Origin: Callorhinchus milii | Lineage: Eukaryota | Length of the DNA: 64,000 nt | Direction of reading: 5' to 3' | Assembly: GCF_018977255.1 (NCBI RefSeq) | Contig: NW_024704751.1 | Location: forward strand, 8,432,001 to 8,496,000 | Position numbers and translations under genes: made by a program | The notes under the pieces: model-generated | The model's database searches: none | What the model saw: only the letters and a program-made list of their open reading frames with translations | What the model was told of the DNA's origin: nothing | In this document: positions 13,800 through 24,410 of the stretch, piece after piece | Position numbering within the stretch: position 1 is the stretch's first letter | How the letters are laid out: each line of letters opens with the position of its first letter

Positions 13800-14800
13800 A
13801 TCGTCAGCGAAATCCGCGAACCTGTTCAGAGGAGCGTGAGGGAGCTGCATTAACGCACGCACGCGCGCAAATCCGCACGCACGCACGCGTGTAAATCCAC
13901 ACGCACGCACGCGCGCACGCACGACCGGGCGCGCCGGTGAGTCAGGTGAGCCCTGACCGATCCCTCAGCTCGAGCTTTGCCGATCCGATCAGCCAGAAGA
14001 CAACCGTCGGCGCGCGGGACGCCGGCCGCCCTGCGCGACCGGCCGGCGCGCTTGGCCCGCGCGGTCTACAGCCGCCGGGGCTTTGCGGCGCAGTCCGCGG
14101 AGCGGCTCAGAGGCGTCTCGGAGACGTGATGACGACGATACCGACAACGACGACGACCGCAATAATAATAAAAAAAGCCCCTCATCGCGTCTCCGAGACG
14201 TCTCCCGAGCGCTTCGCGGGATACGCCGTGAAGCGAATTGACTGCGTACTTTGGTGCTGATGTCAAAAACAAGGATTATTATTGTTTATTGTGATTATTA
14301 TGATTATTAGTGTTGGGTCTGGGTGGGGGGGGGGGGGGGGGAGTGGGGGGAGGGGGGGGGCGCTGCAGGACCTGCCGCCGCTCCGCCAGTCCAGGGGGCG
14401 CTGTGGCGGCAGAGAGACGCTCGCCTTGAGCGGCGCGCGCATCCCTTCCCCAACCAGTTGTCGGTTGGTGGTGGCGGCGGCGCGAGCGCCCGCGCGGCGG
14501 TGGAGTCGTCCCGGTTAAGACGCGGTACATATCTAAAAAAAAACGCTTCCTCACGCGAGTGAGTGAGTGAGTGAGCGAACGAACGGACGGCGCCGTCGTC
14601 GTCTTACTCGTGTGGAACGGCCGCGGTGAGTGACGGAGGCGCGCGATGGCCGCTGCCGTCAACACCGTCGAAACAGGTACTGAGCGGGCGACGGCCGGAA
14701 GTGGGGCCGCAGCGGGGGGCGGAAGTGGGGCAGCAGCCGCCGCAGCGCGGGGCGGAAGTGGGGCAGCAGCCGCAGCAGCGGGGCGGAAGTGGGGCAGTTG
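13800..14800. promoter_or_regulatory. CpG island / bidirectional promoter between rhodanese A and MED31
   Basis: Very CpG-rich, between divergent ATGs at 13751 (-) and 14646 (+). Confidence 0.75.
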
Positions 14801-17800
14801 GGGTGACAGCTGGCCAGTGAGGAGAACTGGGTCTGTGGGTAACCCCGTTGTTGTTATTTTAATGATAGCCACATAATCAGCAGCAAGTCTTGCTCTTCGC
14901 CCCCTTCAAGGTGCTGAGTCACCCGACAGTCACCGGCCACCCTGTGGTGCTCAGGAGCTTCTGGAACTCTCTCCCTCCCTCGATCCCTCCGCCTTGACCC
15001 CTCGATCCCTCCGCCTTGACCCCTCGCTCCCCACTTTCAAATCCCGCTGAAAGGTCTTCCTTTTTGATCCATGCTTGCGGCCGCCCTCTTCCCTTTTCCC
15101 CTGGTCAGTGTCTTGACTCCGCCAGCGTCAAGCGCTACGGGACGCCACCCGGCGTGAAGGGCGCGCTATGTAAACGCAAGTTGTTGTGGTGGAGCCTGAG
15201 CCCAGCCTGATTTTCCCTGATTCCCTATCTCAAGCCGGGCATCCTGGCTAAGTTAATGCTACAGTAAAACTTGCAAAAGTCTTACCTTCATCAACCGTAT
15301 AATCGCCCAAGTCGGACATACACCCAAGTCCTGTTCAGTTTCTTTTCGAAACCACTTAGATTTCTTTGCTCTACTCGTATTTATCATTTAACATGTAACA
15401 CCGCTCCCCTATCCTCCATTACTCCCGCACTTACCAATTATATTGACAGACCACAGTCACTGTGAAGCATGTTCATGCAGGAACCCGGAGGATCTTTCTT
15501 TACTGTGTTGTTTATGAAACCTAAGAACATTTTTCATTGATCCTGTTTGACAGGAATTAGGATTGCTAGTCCTGCTTCTCATGTGTCCTGTCCATGTCAA
15601 GGTATCATGGCTTTGATTAGATCATACTACGTGATTGGTTTGTGTCGTTAATGCACCCACATGGGCCTTTAGAGTATTACTCAGTATTGGAATGTGAAGC
15701 ATATAGAAAATGAGCAAATTAAATCTTTTTTTTCCTTCTGTTTAGAGGAGCAGTCAAAGCTGCGTTTCCAGGTAGAATTGGAGTTTGTTCAGTGTCTGGC
15801 AAATCCAAACTACTTGAACTGTAAGTACTGCTTGCATTATAATAATAATGATAATAATGATAATAATACTTGCATTTGAGATAGCGCTTTTCACGTCTTC
15901 GAGATGTCTCAAAGCGCTTCACAGAATATACTGTAAAGTGAATTGACTGTACATTTGTGGGCGAAATGCAGCAGCCAATTGCGCACAGCAGTGTCCCCAC
16001 AAACAGTCATGGATTGAAATGACCAATTTATTATTGTGTTTTTTTTTGGAGAGATTATTATTAGGCGTATGGAGTAAGGAAACTTGCCCAAGGTTTCACC
16101 CTGCCGGGAATCAAACCCAGGTCTCTCGCTTGCAAAGCAAGTGCTCTAACCACTGAGCTACAGGACTCCTCAAAGCATTAAGCTATGGTTAGGGGTTAAA
16201 ATCTTCAGCTGCTGAAGTCTATTGCAGTCTTCCCGAGGCTTCAGATAGATCGCATTGTTTACTTACCAGACAGTGAGTAACACATGTAGCATAAAGTCTT
16301 CCAATACCAGCCCCTGAGATTGTCAGTTTAATTTTGGCCAGATTTTCAGTTGGGCCACTAAGGGCTTGGGATGAGAACGCCCAAATTCATTTCACATAAG
16401 CAGGCAGCAGAGGAAGGAGACTTTCAGCCCAGATCCTGCAGGTGAAAGGTCAGTGTGCTCACCAGCTGTAACAATCACTGAGGATCTTCAGGAAATGAGA
16501 AATCAGAACAATCAAACAAAACAATCATCATAATTTTACTGCTGCCTGAACAGTCAGGGTCAATTTGCTCTATTATTAACAATATTGTAAGCCACTTAAA
16601 TAGTGGCTTAATAAGCCACGAAACCGAGATCCCATCCTAGTCAAAAGCCAGAGGCACTACTTAATTCATCTTTATCTTAATTGCCCCCAAAATATATCTC
16701 AGACCAAGGGAGCTTGAATGAACAATTGTGTACTTCAAAGTATCATCTATCTCCTTTATCATCTGTCTGCACATTACAGTACAATAGAGTATATTTCCTT
16801 TGTGAACCCTGCTTTAGTATAATTTGTACATTGCACAATTCTCACGTTACCACGCCTGTGTTAGAAAAGGCCCCATCTTCATTGCTGTGTTTACATTCTT
16901 TAAAAAGGAACACATTGTCCCAATATATTCTCCTGAGACAAGCAAACCAAACACTAACTGCTTTGTAGTTGCGACAGCTGCAGGCTGCAGTTCACTGGAG
17001 GTTTCAGGAAAGTCACAGCAGAAGCTGACTAGGCTAGAAAAACAAACTGAGCGCTTCCATGTAAAGAGTAAATCTGGGTCCTGCATTCCACTACTGAAGT
17101 AAAAGCAGTAACACACTTAATACTGATGGTTCAAATCTGGAAATCGTGCAGTCACTGAATTTCTATTGGTGCAGTCAGTGTTCTCGCACTTATATGACAA
17201 TGTAATTTACACTTACACAGCCCCATTCACGTCGTGAAGATGTCTCAAGCCACTTCACAGTGCTGGCTGGACATCTGAGCTGGGGGTGGGGAGGGGAAAG
17301 ATGACCGAAAGCGTGGTCAAAGACAAGTCTTGAAGCGGTCTTTGAGCATGGGGAGGGACGGGACTGGGACATGTAGCAAGCCAGTATTCACTGAGTGAGA
17401 GGCTGAAGGAGGTGCCAGAGGCAGGGTGAGGAGAGTCCATGGAGGGATTTTAAAGTAACAAGGATCTTGAAGTTGATCAGTAGAAATGCATGACGGTGAG
17501 GCAGCAGAAACACAACACTCGTGCTTTGCCTGCGGTTCGATGGTGTTTGCGGTGTTCACCCTCGTATCTGCACTTACATTGTTTATTTCTCCATCCACCA
17601 GTTCTGGCTCAGCGCGGATTCTTCAGGGACAAGACCTTTGTGAATTATCTCAAGTACCTGCTCTACTGGAAGGAACCAGAATATGCCAAGTACTTGAAGT
17701 AAGCACACGGGTCCTAATCCCTCACTGTTCAGCGCCTTGGGACGTCCTCCCGACGTGAAAGGCGCTTTACAGATGTAATTTTGTATGGTATTGTGTATTT

Positions 17801-18111
17801 CCCCACCCAACTGGACTGCTAGATGGTGGGGTGGGTGGGGGGGGTGTATTGGAGACTGTGACTGATTGAATACACTTAACTCTCTGGTCCTCCTCCCTCT
17901 ATCTCTCTCTGGCTGTAGGTATCCCCAGTGCCTGCACATGCTGGAGTTGCTACAGTACGAGCACTTCCGGAAGGAGCTGGTGAACGCCCAGTGCGCCAAG
18001 TTCATTGACGAGCAGCAGCTGCTGCACTGGCAGCATTACTCCAGGAAGCGAATGAGGCTGCAGCAAGCCCTGGCTGAGCAGCAGCAGCAGAACAATGCGT
18101 CCAGCAAGTGA
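14646..18111 (+). CDS. MED31: Mediator complex subunit 31; 4 exons, 131 aa
   Basis: Exons 14646-14676, 15746-15820, 17602-17698, 17919-18111 (396 nt). Peptides RFQVELEFVQCLANPNYLNFLAQRG, NYLKYLLYWKEPEYAKYLKYPQCLHMLELLQYEHFRKELVNAQCAKFIDEQQLLHWQHYSRKRMRL. AATAAA at ~19051. Confidence 0.97.
14695..14796 (+). promoter_or_regulatory. Four tandem ETS/GABP-like CGGAAGTG motifs at the start of MED31 intron 1
   Basis: cggaagtgggg occurs four times within a ~30 bp GC-rich unit. Confidence 0.5.
15840..16169 (-). mobile_element. tRNA-derived SINE, near full length
   Basis: Reverse complement of the 4175-4492 element: head at ~16090-16169, (AAT)n tail at ~15840. Confidence 0.8.
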
Positions 18112-19346
18112 GGGCTCAGAGGCTGGCGGTAGAGAAGCTCAGAAGATGGACAGATAGAATGATGATGATGGGGTTGGAGTTTAACAGACAGTGTGTGAAA
18201 CACTGCCACCATATAGAGCACCGATATTATTAACTGGACAAAGCTTTGGGGAACTCTCCAGCCATTTGTACTTAAGAAAGGACCAATAGAACTGTTGTAA
18301 GAGGAGTTTTGCTCCTGTGGGAGCGAGCGACTGAAGGGCTTGAATTGGTGTTGACCTCTCCCCTCTCTTCCTCCTCCTCCTCCCGTCTTGTGTCGGATGA
18401 AAATGTCCTGAAGTTGCTCAGGGGCAGCAGAGACTATCGTCAGGAATGCAGCAAAGTTCACAGAAGTCATGGGAATAAATCCTGACCAAGCGGACAAGAT
18501 TTGGGACTGGCCCCTGGAGAGCCATGTGTCCCTGAAGTTCCATTTGGTCCATTTGTTTGTGGGGGTAAAACTGTTGTAGTGAGCAATAAGCCTACTAAAA
18601 TAACATCACAGTTGTTTATTACACATGACAGCCTGTGAAAATGATTTTCTCTCTTTGTGTTGGTGATTGTCAACTTGTGGTCGTCACCAAAGGGCAAGGT
18701 TGAGAGTGATATTTACTGGGTTAAAGAAGTTTGCGTTTCTAGAACCGTCGAGTTTACAGCCAGAATCCGGCCATTCGTGTCTGTGGTGGCTCTATGAATG
18801 AGCGATCCATTCAGACCCATTTACTTGCCTTTCCCCAAACTGTTCTAATCTGCTTTTTTTATGGAGAAGAGCTAAGAGAATTGGGTTAAATGGATTGCAA
18901 GCTCGGGTACAGTGGGCCAAATGACCTCCAGGTCTGTAAATTTCTATGCTTTGTTTATTATACTATGGTTATCTCTCGTGCATGATTGAATCGGTGCCTT
19001 GGGACGTACTCCTGAAGCGAAAGGCGGTGCATTGTTGTTGAATCTTTATAAATAAACCAATTGACTTCTGAAGTCACTGGGTCATACTGCGGTATCGGGA
19101 CCTGCTACACTCTTGAGAGGTGTCTGGCCTAATATGAGGTTGGTGTGCAAGCTGATGGTTGATAGAGACGGGAACTCTCTGTCAATTCCAGATTCTCTGA
19201 GCCTCTGCTGAGGGACATTACATTTTTGAAACGTCAGAATACAACACCAATCTGTCTGTAGACTATTACTTGTTAGATTGCACATCCTCCCGACTACTGA
19301 CGTAAAGCACCCTCCTGTCCGCACACACTGGTTAGCTAGAGCAAGA

Positions 19347-19455
19347 GTTAGAGACCGAGTAAAGCTCCCTCTATACTGTCCGTCCACACGCCCAGGTCAG
19401 GGTTAGAGACAAGAGTAAAGTTCCCTCTACACTGTCCGTCCACACTCCCGGGTCA
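19347..19455. repeat. ~55-bp minisatellite (gttagagacN..agtaaagctccctctacactgt..cacactcccaggtca), 2 units plus a third at ~19545
   Basis: Direct repeat with period 55. The same unit recurs at 56565-56693. Confidence 0.75.
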
Positions 19456-19703
19456 CCGACAGTCTGGGTTAGGTACAATGACAACAATAACAAATTGCAT
19501 TTATATAGCACCTTTCATGTCTGGAGGACTTCTCGAGGCAGTGGTACAGAGAAAAGCTCCCTCTACACTGTGCACCCAGGACTCCCAGGTCAAGTACGCA
19601 TCTTACTTCTCCCCAAGAATATTTCTCTGGGGAAGATATGCAATAGTATGTTACATCCAGCGAGTGGCAGTGCACTCCTTCCAGTTTAACTGATCCATTT
19701 AAT

Positions 19704-20010
19704 GACACAAAGCAGAGGAGGCTGAGCACAAAGTCCTGTAGCAGTTTGTTCACGGTCACGTGCAGTTTACGCTTCCAATCCAACTGTAATAACCGGTCTG
19801 ACTGCAGAACAGGCAGCAGTTTTCAGGCTGAAACCTTGTCGTCCGGGGCCTCGAGTCTTGGCCATGCTGAAGCCCGTGAGCGAGTGGATTAAGCACAGTT
19901 TCCAGACGGTGGAGAATGTGTCTTCGGACTCGCTGGAGCAGCTGCTGAAGGAGGACAGGGATCGGGTGGTGCTGGTGGTGAGTCAGGCACACGCTGGGCA
20001 GGAGCAACAA
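19704..20010 (+). repeat. Inverted repeat, arm 1 (arm 2 at ~24107-24410), containing exon 1 of rhodanese B
   Basis: Reverse complement of ~24107-24410. The 114-nt coding exon is identical in both arms. Confidence 0.93.
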
Positions 20011-21712
20011 CAAGTTACATTTGTATAGTGCCTTTCACGTCGTGCAGGAGCAGCTCAGCCAGAGAGACGCTCCTCTGACAGCCCGAGGCTCAGATAGAAA
20101 GGAAAAGATCAGACTGAAGGGAGCAATGTGGAAGCAATCCATAGCAAATCTGCAGGACACATGAGGTTAGGACCTAACACCGAGAGACAGCCACCCCAAT
20201 GACGAGCAACTGGAATAGAGACTTGTGCTCGATTAACATTAAAACCTCCAATGTTCAGAACTGCTTGGAGACCACCCTCACACAGCCACCTCCCCCCCCC
20301 ACCTCCCGATGCCTGGGCACACTTGTGTTTTGCACCAACTTGTCCGTGTTAATGTGTTCTTGGGCACAGCTTCACTGAGCTGTGCTTGAATGGGGATTGA
20401 CACACTGAGCACCGGTGAATGTCAATAGGCATTAAACCCTGACCTGTGGGACTCTGGTGCATTGACCACAGTGACTTATGTGAGACAGCACAGATCCGTC
20501 AGACCCTGAGTAAATAGTTACCGATCAACTGAGGCCTGCTGGTTGCGTTGAATTGAGCCTTATTCTCAGTGTGGCTTATTCAAACAAAACAAACTTTTAT
20601 TTTAGGACGTACGGAGCCCTGGCGAGTTCGAGGTCAGTCACTTACAAGGAGCTGTTCGTGTTGAACCAGACAACACTGCCATGGACAGCGTGATCCAGCA
20701 ATTGGACTTGGGGCTGGCAGGTACAGAGCATTTAGATGTGTTTCTATCAGTTGTCGGGTCTATCTCCATGGTTAACCAGCGTACACACAGTATCTGACAC
20801 ACAGACCACAAACAGCCCAAACTCCAGCAAAACCCTGGTTGGGTTTTCGGTTAACTTTCTGACTCTGAAATAAAAACGATCGATTTGAAACAAACGATCT
20901 ATTGTACGGAATCATTTAGTTTAGTTTGCCACAACGATAGTAATAATAATACTTACATTTGATATAGCACCTTATCACGTCTTCGAGACGTCTCAAAGGG
21001 CTTCACAGAATATACCATAAAGTGAATTGACTGTATATTTTGTGGCCGAAATGTAGCAGCCAATTGCACACAGCACAATTGGCCACAAAAACAGTCGTGG
21101 ATTGAGTGATGAAATTACTATTTTTTTGGGAAGGGATTATTACCCCCAGAAAAGTGAGCCTCCAATCGACTTAACAACCAGGTTCCTACTTGCTACTGGG
21201 TAAACAGAGGTGTGTGTGTGTGGAGCATGGAAATTTGCCTAAGGTTTCGCCCTGCCGGGGAATCGAACCCAGGTCCTCTCGCTTGCGAGGAGAGTGCTCT
21301 AACCACTTTGCTGCGGGTCTCCACATATATTTCCTTAAAACGACTATTCGGGTTGCAGGTGGTCAGTGACAGAGTGTTCCGCGGGTGGCGACCTCCTACT
21401 GTGATCTGCCCCGCGTGGTTGTTCTGGTTTTGTTCTTCAGGTGGTGAGGAACTGAGAGAGATCATCTGCTACTGCACCACTGGCTATCAGGCTGCACATC
21501 TGGCTCAGAACCTCAACACCTTTTTGGAAAGTGAATGCGGTCGAGGCTTGCGTGGACAGCTGAAAGTTTCTAACCTGGAAGGCGGGTTCCTGAAATGGAC
21601 CAGAGAGAACAGGGCTATAGTGGACAGCAGCAACCAGCCCACGACCTTGGTTCACCCCTATAATGAGCTGTGGGTAGAGCTGCTAAAGGCTGAATTTAAG
21701 GCTCCTGTCTAA
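19864..21712 (+). CDS. Single-domain rhodanese-like protein B; 3 exons, 166 aa
   Basis: Exons 19864-19977, 20606-20720, 21441-21712 (501 nt). MLKPVSEWIKHSFQTVENVSSDSLEQLLKEDRDRVVLV/DVRSPGEFEVSHLQGAVRVEPD...EIICYCTTGYQAAHLAQNL...VSNLEGGFLKWTRENRAIVDSSNQPTTLVHPYNELWVELLKAEFKAPV. Confidence 0.87.
20938..21322 (-). mobile_element. Full-length tRNA-derived SINE (~380 bp) in intron 2 of rhodanese B
   Basis: tRNA-like head at ~21240-21322 (ggaatcgaacccagg...ctctaaccact), central body and (AAT)n tail. Confidence 0.8.
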
Positions 21713-23151
21713 CCCCGGGAGCGGAACGAGAATAACATGTGTTTATACCGAGCCCATCATGTAACTTTCAGCGACTCAAAGCGCTTTATAATATAATTGA
21801 TTCAAAATGAAGTGAAATTAATTCTACAGGCAAACACAGCTGCTAACCTGTCGATCACAAACCGCGATGAAGTGAATGGTTATTTTTTTTTCTGGGGGAA
21901 TTGTTGGCCACGACTTTGGGAGAGAGAAAAACTCCCTTCTCTTTTCAAGTAGTGTTGCGGGATCTTTAGCGTCCACCTGAACAGGCAGACTGGACTTCGG
22001 TTAACTGCAGTGTTCCGCCTCAGCACCTCACCAGAGTGTCAGCCTGGACTTTGAGTTCATAATCCCACAACTTTGCTTTCTGATTACAAAAAGAAACATG
22101 CCACAAGATAAATCAGATAGCTAAGTGCTGATTTACTGTCATAAAAGACCGAGCACATAAATGACTATTAACAGCCTATGATAGATCGCATTGACATTGA
22201 TTAATCAAACTTAAGTCTGTTTGCCAACGATCAATTTAAGTCTCTGAGACACATGGAGAGTTCACCTGTCTCCACGACAGAATAGGTCAATGCTCTTGTT
22301 AACCTGATCTGCATTGTTGAGTATGGTGATGGTGGAATATTGTAGCCTCTTTGTAAACCAAGGTCAGTTTAACTCATTCTGACATGAGCTGTAGGAACAC
22401 ACCCAGCGATCCGGTCTGCCCGACTTTGCAGATCTTTATAGTTTATAGAGAGATTTATCTCTTGTGTTATTGAGAAACAAGGTGAAATGTGAGGGTCTGT
22501 GGAGCAGTACACCACCAAGGTTGAAATGAGTAGCAGGGAAAAACAAGTCTTACAAAGACCTACATATACTTTGCAGTATATTCTGTGATGTGGTTTGAGA
22601 CTTCCTTTGGACTTGAAAGAGCGCTATATCCAATTGCAAGGACTGTTGTTATTTTGCAATGAGTTTTGAGTCCTTGAAAGGTTCGTGCCTCATCTGATGT
22701 CATTCTGCATTTGCTAACACACAATCCACTGTGGTGAGAGAACTGAGAATATTTGTGTTTATTTTGATTATTGCAAACATCATTGACTGAGGTCAGTGCA
22801 GCTGCACTGTTTGAACGCACTCTAAACACAGTATCTGAGAACGATTGCGCACACGAAGTTAGGAACAATATCTCACCACAACCGGCCATCAGGAATATTG
22901 TAAGAGGAACAGCAATGACTCACTACAGAGGAGTAAATACACCAATCTCACGAAAACATCCATCCCCTGAGGGTGCGGAGTGCAGGGGAGGCAGTAACCT
23001 TAGCCAGTAGCCATTGCCCCTTTTCACTAACACTCTGACTAAACTGCTGCAAACCAGTAATGCTGTGGCTCGTTGGTGCTGTTGATCTTGATCTCCAGTG
23101 GTTCAGAAATCCAGCCTGGCAGCTCCTGAACATTTTCATTCAGCAGAACAA

Positions 23152-24252
23152 TCAGAAAGAGGCCCTGAGCTCGGGCTCTAACAGCTGGCCCCACACCTGG
23201 TTATAAGGGTGGACCAGGGCGGTGGGTTTATTCCTGCCGTCAACGATCTCCTTCCTCTCGTTGGCCCATTTCACCAAGCCGCCCTCCAGGTTGTACACCC
23301 TCGGCAAGACCTCCTCGTGCCGGCCAGAACCATTGGCGAGAAAGCCGCTGAGTTTCTGAGCCATCTGCGAGCCGTGGTACCCGACTGTACAGTAACACAC
23401 CACCGTTTTATTCTCCTTCTGAACGTCTGAAAACACAAACAGGCAACAAACAGTCCAAGTCAGACTCCTGGGCCTTTGGTGACCCGGTCAGCTGTTCCGC
23501 CAGTAAATCACAGCAATCGACAAGTCCCTACCTGGCAGGCCCAGCTGCTGGACCACATTGTCCATGTTGCTGGCGTCCGGGTCGACCCGAACGGCTCCTT
23601 CTATGTGACTGACCTCGTACTCCGCCTGACTCCGAGCGTCCTGAGATGGAAAGGGGGAAAGTTACCAACTTTGGTGTGTTCAGGACAGTGTTGTACAGCA
23701 TCACTCACTCCCTGCCCCAGGAGTGCTGAGGTCAGGCATAAACCCTGCACTGAGGGGCAGTGCTTCAACTAACAGTAGAACTCCATGGCCAGAAGTGGAG
23801 AGTGGATCCCATCCCACGCAGTAGATCCAAGGCCAGGGAGCTTCCCAAATGCCCCTGCAAATTGTCCCAAGTGCGAATGGCTCCCTTCATGCCTCGCGCC
23901 AGCCTAGTTCCAATTAAGCCCATCAAATGAGCAGATTCCAACACGCCTTTGGTCACTCTCCTACCTCTACCCTCCCTGCTCTCCACCCTTTTCCTGATCC
24001 CCCCCACCGCCCACCCCCCCAGCTTGATCCTCGATTGTCCAGCGCCTTGGGACGTCCTCCCGAAGTGAAAAGACGCTGCGTAAATATAATTTGTTGTTAT
24101 TGTCGTCGTTGCTCCTGCCCAGCGTGTGCCTGACTCACCACCAGCACCACCCGATCCCTGTCCTCCTTCAGCAGCTGCTCCAGCGAGTCCGAAGACACAT
24201 TCTCCACCGTCTGGAAACTGTGCTTAATCCACTCGCTCACGGGCTTCAGCAT
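23152..24252 (-). CDS. Single-domain rhodanese-like protein C; 3 exons, 165 aa
   Basis: Exons 24252-24139, 23640-23532, 23426-23152 (498 nt). Exon 1 is identical to gene B, then DARSQAEYEVSHIEGAVRVDPD...TVVCYCTVGYHGSQMAQKL...VYNLEGGLVKWANERKEIVDGRNKPTALVHPYNQVWGQLLEPELRASF. Confidence 0.88.
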
Positions 24253-24410
24253 GGCCAAGACTCGAGGCCCCGGACGACAAGGTTTCAGCCTGAAAACTGC
24301 TGCCCGTCCTGCAGTCAGACCGGTTATCGCAGTCGGATTGGAAGCGTAAACTGCACGTGACCGTGAGCGAACTGCTACAGGACTTTGTGCTCAGCCTCTG
24401 CTCTGTGCCA
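24107..24410 (-). repeat. Inverted repeat, arm 2, containing exon 1 of rhodanese C
   Basis: Reverse complement of ~19704-20010. Confidence 0.93.

Noticed and set aside
14279-14872. 197-aa Ala/Pro-rich minus-strand ORF
   Set aside because: Stop-poor CpG island sequence antisense to MED31 exon 1, with no recognisable domain.
11770-24252. Bacterial contamination or selenoprotein status of the rhodanese genes
   Set aside because: They have spliceosomal introns containing host repeats, and the active-site codons are TGT/TGC with no in-frame TGA.
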